NCBI GenBank assembly: GCA_964399675.1 | Contig: CAYNRK010000006.1 | Span: 1,886-65,885, forward strand | Reading direction: 5' to 3' | DNA length: 64,000 nucleotides | DNA from: an uncultured Gammaproteobacteria bacterium | Lineage (GTDB): Bacteria > Patescibacteriota > Patescibacteriia > UBA9934 > GWF2-40-263 | Shown: positions 36,885 through 47,158 of the stretch, piece after piece | Layout: each line of letters starts with the position of its first letter | Numbering within the stretch: position 1 is the first letter of the stretch | Position numbers and translations under genes: made by a program | The notes under the pieces: model-generated | The model's database searches: none | Seen by the model: the letters and a program-made list of their open reading frames with translations, nothing else | Told to the model about the DNA's origin: nothing

Positions 36885-38299
36885 TCTTTAAGAAATCTCA
36901 TTATATCTAAAAATCTAAATGGGCTCCGTTTCCAAATAACGTTTATCTCTTTTATTTGCAAGCTTGCGCCAAGTTCTGCAATTCCAGGAGTTGAAAAAGT
37001 AATCTTCCAACTTTTTTTATCCATTAAGAGCTCGTCTTTTTTAAAACTTGCTTTTGCAACATTCCAATCTCCACGTTGTTCTGGTTTTTTGTACTGAGCA
37101 AAAATATAATCAACTTCAAGTGCATCCAAATCTGTATTGTAGAGCAAGCGAACAGGATCAGGATTAAAATATTGATCTGAGGAAAACGATATCATGCCAT
37201 CAATAAAAATTTCCGTGTTTGATTTTGGAACTGTTATTGGGACCACTCCAAAATGCGGAATGCTCGCGCGATACAAAACATACGGTTCATTCATTTCCAC
37301 AAACTCACCAGCAAGCTTAATGACCTGCACTCCTTCAGCGTTTCTTGTTTGAAAAGAAGGATGCTTTCCATTTGTCCAAAAACTCACAGACCTTGCAGGC
37401 TCACGATACCCAACTTCATCTCCCAAATAAACTCGATTCAAAAATGCAATATGTTGCTGTGTGGTTTTTATGTTTCTGACAAAAATATCTCGATTTATAT
37501 TTAGCACAACTTTATAAACTCCTTCTGACAATCCTTCTCTTTCAAGTGTTATCCGCCTGAGTTCTGACGGCTTTGCATTTGCACTTATATTACCGTCATC
37601 TTTTTCTTTTGCATCTGTTACAGGCTGGCCGTCTTCATTAAACACAACAATCGATACTGGATCTTGTCCATCTTCCCGATTCATATCCATGTATTCAAAA
37701 ACAAAATTCAGCTTTTCGTTTTTAATGTAAGTTTTAAATTCGTGATGACCGCGAAGTGTTGCAGCAATGGTTTGGGTTTTAAACGTAGGTTGATACTGTA
37801 AATCTCGATAGGGCTGTTCCAACTCTGCTCGATAGGTTGCGATTGTTTTTCTGGATGATGAATCTGACAAAAATTCATCAATCGATTCAAATTGCTTTTC
37901 TCTTTGCAAAAGAACCTGTCCATCTGATTCGATTCGATCCCAATTTGATTCATCAATAATCTTGTTTTCAAGCGAAGTAAAAGTGTATGCTTCGGGTTTT
38001 GTTGATGCAAGTCCGCCAAGTTCAATAATTGGCACGCTGTTGTTTTTATAGACGATCTCAAGTTCTATCTCATCAAAGTCGCGGTGCGGGTGCAAAAAGA
38101 AAAAAACCGGATCATCAATAATTGTATTACCATTTTCAACTCGACTATCCGGAAGCAACTGATCAACAAAAGCGGATCTGTCTGTTACATCATGTTTTGT
38201 CACAAACTCACCGCTTATTACCAACTCCTTATTAAACAACCAACCAAGAACCGCAAGCGGAATGATTATGATTATAAATTGTACGAGTTTAACCTTCAT
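36881..38299 (-). CDS. Membrane-anchored hypothetical protein
   Basis: N-terminal TM, 472 aa, beta-rich. Confidence 0.7.
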   Translation of the reverse strand: MKVKLVQFIIIIIPLAVLGWLFNKELVISGEFVTKHDVTDRSAFVDQLLPDSRVENGNTIIDDPVFFFLHPHRDFDEIELEIVYKNNSVPIIELGGLASTKPEAYTFTSLENKIIDESNWDRIESDGQVLLQREKQFESIDEFLSDSSSRKTIATYRAELEQPYRDLQYQPTFKTQTIAATLRGHHEFKTYIKNEKLNFVFEYMDMNREDGQDPVSIVVFNEDGQPVTDAKEKDDGNISANAKPSELRRITLEREGLSEGVYKVVLNINRDIFVRNIKTTQQHIAFLNRVYLGDEVGYREPARSVSFWTNGKHPSFQTRNAEGVQVIKLAGEFVEMNEPYVLYRASIPHFGVVPITVPKSNTEIFIDGMISFSSDQYFNPDPVRLLYNTDLDALEVDYIFAQYKKPEQRGDWNVAKASFKKDELLMDKKSWKITFSTPGIAELGASLQIKEINVIWKRSPFRFLDIMRFLKD

Positions 38300-39855
38300 T
38301 TCTTAAATAGTTTATAAAGGGATTCTTTATCAAATGTTTTTTCTTTTTTGATTTGTAATCCAAGCTTTTTTAATTTTCTTTGATTCAAGTACTCCAAATC
38401 TTCGTCTGGAAAAGTTATTCCATAATAATAAAGTGAATGTGATTCAACAATAGCCGGCATAAGAGAATAGGTTTGATCTGATCGAAGTGGATACAAAACA
38501 TTTCTGTATGGGAAAAAGAGTTTGTCTGATCGATCAACAATAATTATTGAATCATTGGGTGTTTGTGCAAGAATCTCATTACGAATCTCTTTTGATGCTT
38601 GGAGTGTTTTTGAAACACGAATCAATCCATCTTGCCCAGCAGAAAACGTTGCAAAAACATTTAAGCAAAAAACCGCTGCAAGAATGGCGATAAGAACCGG
38701 TGTGTGGAAAGTTTTTCTTTGAGCTTGTTGAGAAATCCAAACAAGCGCATATGCAATAAATGGAATTGAGAAGATATAAAGTGGAAGCCAGTAACGGACA
38801 TAAGAATTTGCAATGGTGATTTGGGTTGGATCAGGATTATCAAAAAAGACCCAGCTTCCATAAAACAAAACCAACCAAACACACGCAGCTGTTCCAATCA
38901 AGAAAAATAACCATCGATGAACACGTTTCTTTTTTTCCTTTTGTTGCAAAAAAACTGAAACACCCACAAGAGCCAAAAGAGACAGCCACCAAAAAAGCAC
39001 AAAGCCATAATTTCTAAAATGTTGTTTGGCTATGCGAGGGTGAAGCCCGAACGGGAATAAACTCGAGCTTTGGTCAACAAGTTCTTCTGTTGTGCTTGCT
39101 ACCGAATCCTCAATAGTGTAGCCGCTATTGAAAATCCCGTTAAAGGTTACTTGATTGAAAAAAAGAATAATGGCAACACCCAAAACTAAACCAATGATTG
39201 CTTGCGTAACATTTTTTCGATTCCAATACTTGTAAAACAGCAAAGCTATTATGAACGTTGCAGGAAGCACCCATAATGCTTCTGAAGTTCTGACAAAAAT
39301 AGACAAACCAATAAACAGTCCGCCCAGAAAGAAATTCTTTCTATGTTCAACAAAGAAAAAATAGAGGGCAATCACGAGCAAGCAGACAAACAAAACATTA
39401 TGCATTAACCCGCGGGCACTGTAATACCAAATCGCAGGATGAAACAAAAAAAGAAGTGAGCTTACAAATGCAACATCTTTTTTAAACCAAACCTCCATTA
39501 ATCGATAAAAAAGCCATGCTGTTGCAATAACAATAAGCGGCGTTAAGATAGCAAGAATAGATGATCCGAAAATTGAAGCTATAACACCATATAAAACAGG
39601 TAGCCCCAAAAAACTTCCCGGCAACAACTTCCCTTCATATGAGACAACACTGCGAGGACGAATTGCGTTATCAAAATATTCGTTAATGGGTGAAGAGGCC
39701 TGAAGCGATCCGGTCTCTGCAAATTGTTTTGCAAAAAAAGCATTGGCGGTTTCATCCGGAGAAATGTAGATGTTTCCATTTTGCGCAAGAATTAAAGAGC
39801 TGATAAAAAATACAACCGCACAAGCGGCAAAAATCCATATTCTTTGTTTGTTCAT
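38296..39855 (-). CDS. GT-C (PMT/ArnT-like) integral membrane glycosyltransferase
   Basis: Acidic SPDE in the first loop, many TMs, and VR..E and RYWLP motifs. Confidence 0.72.
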   Translation of the reverse strand: MNKQRIWIFAACAVVFFISSLILAQNGNIYISPDETANAFFAKQFAETGSLQASSPINEYFDNAIRPRSVVSYEGKLLPGSFLGLPVLYGVIASIFGSSILAILTPLIVIATAWLFYRLMEVWFKKDVAFVSSLLFLFHPAIWYYSARGLMHNVLFVCLLVIALYFFFVEHRKNFFLGGLFIGLSIFVRTSEALWVLPATFIIALLFYKYWNRKNVTQAIIGLVLGVAIILFFNQVTFNGIFNSGYTIEDSVASTTEELVDQSSSLFPFGLHPRIAKQHFRNYGFVLFWWLSLLALVGVSVFLQQKEKKKRVHRWLFFLIGTAACVWLVLFYGSWVFFDNPDPTQITIANSYVRYWLPLYIFSIPFIAYALVWISQQAQRKTFHTPVLIAILAAVFCLNVFATFSAGQDGLIRVSKTLQASKEIRNEILAQTPNDSIIIVDRSDKLFFPYRNVLYPLRSDQTYSLMPAIVESHSLYYYGITFPDEDLEYLNQRKLKKLGLQIKKEKTFDKESLYKLFKK

Positions 39856-39859
39856 TTTT

Positions 39860-40438
39860 TTAAGCACCATAAGTGAACAAACTAATTACTGCCATCACAA
39901 CAGCAATCGATAGCGTGCCGATCGAAATTGGAATAAATAAATCAAGTCCAGCCCACAGCGCAATAAGCAGAAGACACACGCCAAGGACTTGCAAAAACAT
40001 TTTTGTTTTTCCAAAAACATTTGCGCTGATTTTTTTTCCTTCCAATCGTTGAAAGTATGCACCAAGAATAATCAATGACTCAACAATAATTATCACTAAA
40101 CCAAAAATTACGTTTACATACTTAGTGACAACAATAAGTACAACCAGTCCAATAAATAATTTGTCAGCGATTGGGTCATACAATGTACCCCAATCTGTAA
40201 TCTGTTTTCTAAGACGCGCAAGCGAACCATCAATCGCGTCTGTAAACGCGATTAGAATAAAAATCGGTATTCCAATTCCAAACTGTTCGGTCATCAAAAA
40301 CCACATCACTATTGGCACGCACAGCATGCGAAATATAGTGATCATGTTTGGCGTAATGAATTTTGGAATCAGCGGAATGATCGTATACCGCATGATGTGA
40401 TCATGCGGATAGAGCTTGTATGGATCTCGCTGCTTCAT
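39860..40438 (-). CDS. pgsA: CDP-alcohol phosphatidyltransferase (PgsA-like)
   Basis: TPN.IT..R and D..DG.LAR......WG...DP.ADK. Confidence 0.85.
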   Translation of the reverse strand: MKQRDPYKLYPHDHIMRYTIIPLIPKFITPNMITIFRMLCVPIVMWFLMTEQFGIGIPIFILIAFTDAIDGSLARLRKQITDWGTLYDPIADKLFIGLVVLIVVTKYVNVIFGLVIIIVESLIILGAYFQRLEGKKISANVFGKTKMFLQVLGVCLLLIALWAGLDLFIPISIGTLSIAVVMAVISLFTYGA

Positions 40439-40471
40439 ACTGTGCTACAATAATTAACGAAATATTCTTTT

Positions 40472-42583
40472 ATGCGAGTTCTCTCTTCAGCCTACTTTAC
40501 CACTTCCTCTGTGCTTTTCCTAGCGCTTTTTGTTTTAAATACTTTTGTTTGGAAAAATCCATGGGCGGGTATTATTCTGTTGATTTTTTTCTTTATTAGG
40601 TACGGTTCGCTTGTTGGAAAACAATTAAGCCCGGATGAACCCTCTGCGCACTGGTGGCTTGGATCATTTATAATTTTGTCATGCGTAAGCATTTTTGGAT
40701 CTTTGGCATATTATATTTGGAGCATGCCTGCTGCCCTATTCCAAATTCTTGCAATTCTCATTATCGGATTTGCGCATTTAAAAACCAAACACCATATAAA
40801 AAATCCGTTCCGTCATGTTCATAAACTTTTTAAAATAAAAGAGCACAAACTCCCTCAAGCAACATTGATATCCTCGGCCATTATTTTATTTCTGGTCTTT
40901 TTTATTTTACTTTACCTTGGAGATCACCAAATCGTTGATGCAGTACGATCACAATGGGAACGCATGGACTCTTCTCTTTTCTTGCTAATGGGATTGAGTC
41001 TGTTTTTGTTATTTGGCCTACTAATGCGAGGCAAAGAAAAATCAATGGTTCTTGTGTTGGTGTCTGTTGTTTTGTTTGCTTTTGTTTCTGTTGCTGCAAT
41101 AGCTTTTCCAATCGGTTTTGGATTTGACACATTTATTCATGAAGCAACGGTTACTCACATTGCAGAATTTGGCACAATCAGCCCAAAGCCATTTTATTAT
41201 ATTGGCCAATATTCAATTGTACTTTTTTTGCATCACGCATTTTCCTTACCACTTGAAATCATCAATACTTATCTTGTTCCGGTATTAACCGCCTTATTTC
41301 TCCCATCTGTTTGGTTCTTTGCTGCTGCGCACATGCTTAAGAAAAAACAAGATGCAATGGCAACGCTCATGGGGCTGTTCCTTTTACCGCTTTCGCTTTT
41401 TATAATTTCAACACCTCAAGCGCTTGCCAACCTTTGGATCTTGCTCACAATCCTTATGAGCATTCCGATCTTGTTGGGCAAACCTGTTCTTAAAAGGCTG
41501 TGGCTTATTGTTCCGGTATTAAGCGCGCTGTTCATCCACCCAATCGCCGGGATTCCGATTGTCTTGTATGTTACATTATTATTTTTACATCCTGAAGATC
41601 AGCCCACGCAATGGAAACAAAAAGCTAAAACATTATTCTGGCTTATTGCAGCTTTGGCAGCAATAGTTTTACCACTCAGCTTTCTTGTAAACTCAGTCCT
41701 TGCCGGAAACGGACCTTCTCTTGATCTGTCTGGATTTAGCTTTTCTAGTATTTTGAATCTTAATATCTTTTTTGAAAATCGATTTAATCCAATTCTTGAT
41801 TTTGTTTATTTGTATGGTTTTAATGCATCGCTCATTCTCTTTTTGATTGCCGGCTTTGCATGGTTTGAATATAAAAAAGATCTGCCTCAACGATTTTCCA
41901 TAACACTAATTATGGCAGCTGCGCTGTTGGTGAACTTCATTCTGATGAAAACAATTGTAGACTTTTCATTTTTGATTGATTACGAACGCCTTAACTATGC
42001 AAACCGTTTGGTGCCCTTGATGATCTTTTTCCTTGTGCCGTATCTGCTTCTTGGATTTGGACATTTTGTAATGAACATTCGATCGCGTCCAATAGCGATC
42101 AAAGCGTTTTCAATTGTGCTCTTAGCAACAATTGGCACAAGTGCGTTTTATCTTGCTTATCCACGTCGCGATGCATATGCAACAAGTCATGGATTCAATG
42201 TTGGCCAGGCTGATATTAAAACGGTTCATGAAATTGAAAACTGGTCTAATAATGAACCATATCTTGTTCTTGCCAATCAATCTGTTTCTGCAGCAGCAAT
42301 ATCGGAAATTGATTTTCGTTACTATAACAATCTGTTTTTCTATCCAATACCAACCGGCGGTGATCTTTATCAAAAATTTTTGAGCATGAATGATCATCCT
42401 ACACGCGACATAGCAAAAGAAGCTCTGAAGCTTGTGCCAATGCACGGAGATGTAAATATGCTTTACTATGTTGTAAACACCTACTGGTGGCAAGCGCCCA
42501 GAATAATTGAAACAGCAAAAACAACCGCCAATGAATGGCGGTCGGTTGATAATGTTGTTTTTATCTTCCGTTACGATTTTTAA
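40472..42583 (+). CDS. Large polytopic membrane protein (possible GT-C)
   Basis: 703 aa with many TMs. GFGFD.FIH loop and HP..G motif. Confidence 0.65.
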   Translation: MRVLSSAYFTTSSVLFLALFVLNTFVWKNPWAGIILLIFFFIRYGSLVGKQLSPDEPSAHWWLGSFIILSCVSIFGSLAYYIWSMPAALFQILAILIIGFAHLKTKHHIKNPFRHVHKLFKIKEHKLPQATLISSAIILFLVFFILLYLGDHQIVDAVRSQWERMDSSLFLLMGLSLFLLFGLLMRGKEKSMVLVLVSVVLFAFVSVAAIAFPIGFGFDTFIHEATVTHIAEFGTISPKPFYYIGQYSIVLFLHHAFSLPLEIINTYLVPVLTALFLPSVWFFAAAHMLKKKQDAMATLMGLFLLPLSLFIISTPQALANLWILLTILMSIPILLGKPVLKRLWLIVPVLSALFIHPIAGIPIVLYVTLLFLHPEDQPTQWKQKAKTLFWLIAALAAIVLPLSFLVNSVLAGNGPSLDLSGFSFSSILNLNIFFENRFNPILDFVYLYGFNASLILFLIAGFAWFEYKKDLPQRFSITLIMAAALLVNFILMKTIVDFSFLIDYERLNYANRLVPLMIFFLVPYLLLGFGHFVMNIRSRPIAIKAFSIVLLATIGTSAFYLAYPRRDAYATSHGFNVGQADIKTVHEIENWSNNEPYLVLANQSVSAAAISEIDFRYYNNLFFYPIPTGGDLYQKFLSMNDHPTRDIAKEALKLVPMHGDVNMLYYVVNTYWWQAPRIIETAKTTANEWRSVDNVVFIFRYDF

Positions 42584-42587
42584 GTAG

Positions 42588-42625
42588 CAAGACTATTTTC
42601 CGACGATCGTCGGAAAATAGTCTTG
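42588..42625. repeat. Perfect 38-bp loopless palindrome (ACGATCGT core)
   Basis: CAAGACTATTTTCCGACGATCGTCGGAAAATAGTCTTG. Confidence 0.9.
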
Positions 42626-42745
42626 TTTTTGTTTTGCAAAAGCTCGGCCACGTCGCTCAAGAGCGACGTGGTTGACAATTTGAGGTTTTCAAGACATAAT
42701 CAATCGTCACAAAAACGTGGCAAAAGTGAGAAAGGAGGGCTTGTT

Positions 42746-43345
42746 GTGAGCCAGTTCTTTTCAGTGGCCGCGAACGTTTTGATCGTCGTGGTCATGGTGA
42801 TCTACTTCAAACAGGTTGTGAAAGGGGTTTCAGTCCCGAACCCATCGGCCTGGCTTATCTGGATCATCATTGGGCTCATGAATATGGTGAGCTACTTCCT
42901 GGTCGTGCGCGGTGATCTGTGGCAATCGTTGATCACCATTGTTACCTTCGCAGGTTTCATATTCATCTTTGTTTATGCCACAGTGAAAGGAAAATTCGCC
43001 GGCTTTAGCAAAGCGGACATGTTCTATTTCATCCCGGCTCTTGTGGTCGGAGTGATATGGCAGACAACCGGCAATGCAGATCTTGCAAACATCAGTTTGC
43101 AAATCGTGTACCTCCTCTCTTACCTCCCGATCGTACACGGACTACTCAGTCATAGACTCCGCGAAAAGTCACTGCCCTGGAATCTGGCGTCGATATCCTA
43201 CTGCCTGATGATTCTGGCCATTGTGACCGCTGACTCCTGGCGCTGGATTGCGCTCGTCCATCCAATTGCCAATGGAATCGTCGGAAACGGCAGCGTTATC
43301 CTGGCCATCCATCTGCAAGCACGAAAAACTCGGAAGGCAAAGTAA
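42746..43345 (+). CDS. GC-richer multi-TM membrane protein (PQ-loop-like repeats)
   Basis: TTGACA(42672)-17-CATAAT promoter, AAGGAGG RBS, GTG start and about 7 TM helices. Confidence 0.7.
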   Translation: MSQFFSVAANVLIVVVMVIYFKQVVKGVSVPNPSAWLIWIIIGLMNMVSYFLVVRGDLWQSLITIVTFAGFIFIFVYATVKGKFAGFSKADMFYFIPALVVGVIWQTTGNADLANISLQIVYLLSYLPIVHGLLSHRLREKSLPWNLASISYCLMILAIVTADSWRWIALVHPIANGIVGNGSVILAIHLQARKTRKAK

Positions 43346-43396
43346 GCCGCCCGTCAGCCTCGTTGGAGAATCAAATCTCCCACGGGGTGTTTCTTT

Positions 43397-44599
43397 TTAA
43401 AGAGGAAACAACTTTTCCAACTCGTCCACGTACTTTTTAACTGAATGCTTTTCAGCTTCCTTTTGAATCTTTTCTGTCCAATCCCAATACTTTTCTTTAT
43501 TATCAATCAAATCTTGAATCTTGCGCACAAGGTTTTTTTTATTTCCCGGTTCAAACAACCAACCGTTCTCCCCGTCTTTTACAAGCTCAGGAATACCTCC
43601 GATGCTTGCGGCAAGCACAGGCACACCAACACAGAAACTTTCATAAATAATCGTTGGTGAATTTTCATAACAGATTGATGGCAAAACCATTACGTCAGAG
43701 AAGGCAAGAAGTTTATTTAGATTGCCCATTGAAACAAAACCATGTCGATGAATACGAGAATCACGTCTACACCATTCATTTACATATTCTTCCAGTGATC
43801 CTGTTCCTGCAATATATAACTCAACTTCATCGCCAAAATCATTCATTGCTTCTAAAAGGAGAGTGATCCCCTTGTGCATTTCAAGCTGTCCAACAAACAC
43901 CAACCGCACCGGACCTGGAATTCGCTCTTTTCTCATTGCTTGTATTTTGAGCGAAACTGGATTTGGAATAACTTTAACATCAACTTTTTTGAACATGCCC
44001 CTTTCTTTATAAAACTGTGCCAAAAACCTTGAGGGTGAAATAAAAACATTTGGCAAGCCAAAGACTTTCTCAATCGTGCGCTCATACCAAGTCCGAAACA
44101 ACGATTCATTTAGCCAAGTTTTTTCATTTCCATACATAAGCAATCCGCTTGGCACTGAAAGTTGAACATCATGAAGAGTGTGAATGTGAAAAATTTTCTT
44201 TTTCTGAATGGTCTTGGATATTTTCAAACCAATCCCCTTTAAATTGTGAGTGATAATAATATCTGGCTTTTCCTTTTCAATTACTAATTTCATTGCTTTG
44301 GCAGGCAACGGACTAAAAAGATCAATCAAATGCCACAGTGCTCGAACTAAAAATGGCTTATTGCCCTCTGTTAAATGATAAAGATTCAGAGGATAAAACC
44401 TATAAACATCTTCTATTTGTCTTTCAGTAATCTGTGGAAAAAGACTTGAAATACCACTGTACTTTTTTGTACTAAGCACAAACACTTTGTGACCACGGCT
44501 ATACAACTCATCAGCAATTCTTTGTGCAACAAGCTCGGCCCCGCCCCTGACCATTGGTGGATATAGATTTGAAACAATACCAATTTTCATATTTTTCAT
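43397..44599 (-). CDS. GT4 glycosyltransferase
   Basis: YPP...GGAE, TLHD, GQL..HKG and PS.CYENSP..I.E. Confidence 0.9.
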   Translation of the reverse strand: MKNMKIGIVSNLYPPMVRGGAELVAQRIADELYSRGHKVFVLSTKKYSGISSLFPQITERQIEDVYRFYPLNLYHLTEGNKPFLVRALWHLIDLFSPLPAKAMKLVIEKEKPDIIITHNLKGIGLKISKTIQKKKIFHIHTLHDVQLSVPSGLLMYGNEKTWLNESLFRTWYERTIEKVFGLPNVFISPSRFLAQFYKERGMFKKVDVKVIPNPVSLKIQAMRKERIPGPVRLVFVGQLEMHKGITLLLEAMNDFGDEVELYIAGTGSLEEYVNEWCRRDSRIHRHGFVSMGNLNKLLAFSDVMVLPSICYENSPTIIYESFCVGVPVLAASIGGIPELVKDGENGWLFEPGNKKNLVRKIQDLIDNKEKYWDWTEKIQKEAEKHSVKKYVDELEKLFPL

Positions 44600-44602
44600 A
44601 AT

Positions 44603-44776
44603 CCTCCGACGAACCATCAGGTTATCATCAACAGGTACGTTGGATAATTTCGCCAGCACGAGCGATAGCGAGTCTGCCGAAATTATACAACGTGACTGTC
44701 CTTCAAAGTTCTCTACGGAGATTGCTTCGCCCCTTTTCACGAAAGGGGGCTCGCAACGACGCAGGGGGCAATGACG
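44603..44776. repeat. Family C element copy 2 fused to GAGATTGCTTCG...CTCGCAA(C/T)GAC half-REP
   Basis: Matches 6255-6371 over 44603-44720. The tail matches 48353-48399. Confidence 0.85.
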
Positions 44777-44781
44777 CAAAG

Positions 44782-45948
44782 CTAATAAGATCGATTGCTC
44801 TGTTGAGACAAGACTGAACAATAAGTTTGTTCAAGCTTGGTAATCAAAGGATCCCAGTGAAATTCTGCTTCTGCTCTGGCGCGTGCTGATGCGCCGAGTC
44901 GCTTTCGCAAATCTGTTTGTTCAAGCAAAAGCAAAATCGCTTTTTTAAGCTCCTCTTCATCACCTGCCGGAACAAGCAACCCCGTATTCCCATCTTGCAC
45001 CACTGTTCTTACTCCTGGCAAGTCTGAGGCAATTGTTGGAATCCCACTTGCTGCAGCTTCGAGTGCAACCAAACCAAATGCTTCAGCACGTTGCGTTGAT
45101 GGAAAAACATGAATGTCTGAACCACTGTAATACTTAGGCAAATCCTTATCTGAAACATTACCAACAAAAACAACGTGATCAAAAAGACCCAACTTCTCCG
45201 CTGTTGCTGCATAGCTTTGCTGAAGGCTTCCGGAACCAACAATCAACAATTTCCAATCATAAGATTTTAAACTGGAAAGTGTTTGCAAAAGAATTGGTAG
45301 GCCTTTGAAGTGATGTGCAGGATCAAGACCGCCAACAAATAAAAGAACTGGAGTTGTTTTTTTAATATTATGACTTTCTTTTATAAAAACATTGTCGCTT
45401 GGACGAAATCGTTCCAAATCAATTCCAAACGGATGAATCTCTAATCGATCCATAGCGCCATGTACATCTGCAAGCGCGGACGATTCTGCATAATCTTTTG
45501 TGCTGGCAAGTATACGATCCACACGCCCAATTAACCATGGAAACAAAAGTCGTCTATGCATTCCAAAAACCGCACCCTTAACACCGGAAGCAACTGCATC
45601 CATATGATACGAGAGAACTAATCCTTGATCCTTTCGCATGGCCTTTCGCACAACAACCGGTTCAGCACCTCCAAAAAACGGATAGTGAAGATGAACCAAA
45701 TCAAAACCTGACAAGCGTTTGTAAAGCGATGGCATTACCCCAGCATTTCCAACATGAATCAAACTTGGAATACGATGGATATGTTTTGGATCCTCAACCT
45801 CCTGTTTTTTCGTTGTAAAAACATGGACATTATATCCTCTGTCTCTTAGACGCTCTGTGTACTCAAACGCAACATTCCCCATCCCACCCCGATATGGTGG
45901 ATAAGTACAAACAACTTGAGCGATTTTGATTTGTTTTTGTTCTACCAC
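44782..45948 (-). CDS. GT4 glycosyltransferase
   Basis: YPPYRGGM, HLHYP, FKGL and EAFGLVALEA. Confidence 0.9.
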   Translation of the reverse strand: MVEQKQIKIAQVVCTYPPYRGGMGNVAFEYTERLRDRGYNVHVFTTKKQEVEDPKHIHRIPSLIHVGNAGVMPSLYKRLSGFDLVHLHYPFFGGAEPVVVRKAMRKDQGLVLSYHMDAVASGVKGAVFGMHRRLLFPWLIGRVDRILASTKDYAESSALADVHGAMDRLEIHPFGIDLERFRPSDNVFIKESHNIKKTTPVLLFVGGLDPAHHFKGLPILLQTLSSLKSYDWKLLIVGSGSLQQSYAATAEKLGLFDHVVFVGNVSDKDLPKYYSGSDIHVFPSTQRAEAFGLVALEAAASGIPTIASDLPGVRTVVQDGNTGLLVPAGDEEELKKAILLLLEQTDLRKRLGASARARAEAEFHWDPLITKLEQTYCSVLSQQSNRSY

Positions 45949-46994
45949 ACAATAAATTGTTTTAATATCGACCAGATGATTTGAAGCACGGGGTTTCCAA
46001 TTTCCTCAACAACTTTACTTGATGTTTCTTGATGATCAATCTTTCCTGTAAAAATTGACACAATCTTTTCATCACTAACTTTTCTAATAATTTTTGAGCG
46101 CTTACGAGACTTAAACACGTAAACCCAAGTGCTTGGTTTTAGAAATTGAAAATAAACAAATAACTTTTCTTTGATCCAACCGCCTTTTATTGCAAAAAAC
46201 AAAAGCGCAATTTCCATTACAAACAAGAATGGCAAAAGAACCAAAATCGTTCCGCACTTAAGATGCGAAAAATGAACTAAAATTCTATTTCGTTCCATCC
46301 AATAAAACTTTGTAATGGATCGCTTGAATTCATAATCATGAAAAGCAATCGATTTCATTGATAGAACGTTTTTGAATCCAGCCAAACGAATTCTCCAACC
46401 AAGTTCCAAATCCTCGTGATAGAGAAACAAAAACGGATCAAGAAGACCAACTTGTTTTAAAACTGTTGCTCTGTACAAAACCGCTGCTCCACTTGCGTAT
46501 GCAATTTCTTCCCCGTCTTTGCGATCAACATCAGACACTTTTGCACCGTTGTCTCTGACAAAACCAAAACCCAAAAAATGAACCATGCCACCTGTTGAGT
46601 TTAAAACATTTTCTTGCCTCCAAAGTTTCATTACTGACTGAACTGATCCAATCTCTTTATCTGACTCAGCAAGTGCAACTGCTTCTTTAATTGCTTGGGG
46701 TTCAAGTTTTAAATCATTATTGTGAAGATAAATATAATCAGCACCCTCAAGAAGTGCGTGTTCGGTTCCCAAATTATTTCCACCAGCAAATCCCAGATTC
46801 TTTCCACTTGGAAAAAATGTAATACCATCCATTTTTCTTAAAACCTCTTGCGACCCATCTTTTGAATCATTATCAACCACAATAATTTCCAACCTGTCTT
46901 TTGGATAGTCAAGATTGTCTAAAGCAGAAAAAACCTCTTTAAGGTATTTTTTTCCATTATAAGATAGGTAAATTATCGCAACTTTTGGAAGCAT
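45942..46994 (-). CDS. GT2 glycosyltransferase (rhamnosyltransferase-like)
   Basis: VVDN.S.DG, NLGFAGGNN, NND, SGAA and FLYHEDLE. Confidence 0.9.
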   Translation of the reverse strand: MLPKVAIIYLSYNGKKYLKEVFSALDNLDYPKDRLEIIVVDNDSKDGSQEVLRKMDGITFFPSGKNLGFAGGNNLGTEHALLEGADYIYLHNNDLKLEPQAIKEAVALAESDKEIGSVQSVMKLWRQENVLNSTGGMVHFLGFGFVRDNGAKVSDVDRKDGEEIAYASGAAVLYRATVLKQVGLLDPFLFLYHEDLELGWRIRLAGFKNVLSMKSIAFHDYEFKRSITKFYWMERNRILVHFSHLKCGTILVLLPFLFVMEIALLFFAIKGGWIKEKLFVYFQFLKPSTWVYVFKSRKRSKIIRKVSDEKIVSIFTGKIDHQETSSKVVEEIGNPVLQIIWSILKQFIVW

Positions 46995-47003
46995 AGATTT
47001 TTA

Positions 47004-47158
47004 ATTGAAATAGATTCGAAATGCGGAAATAGATTGAAATATGTAGAAATATGTGGAAATAAGGTTGTGTTCAATCTATTTCTACTTATTTCAATTAGTT
47101 TCCATTTATTTCTATCTATTTCCGTACTCTGAATTCGTTTCCACCTATTTCTACTTAT
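47004..47158. repeat. Degenerate ~10-bp periodic repeat tract and its inverted complement
   Basis: GAAATAGATT/GAAATATGTA/GAAATATGTG units, followed by CTATTTC/TTATTTC units. Confidence 0.7.

Noticed and set aside
44600-44821. Long N-terminal extensions of ORFs 43397-44821, 33402-34349 and 3175-4482, and small ORFs 48156-48413/48163-48462
   Set aside because: These are read-throughs of palindromic repeat elements. Family-typical starts lie downstream.
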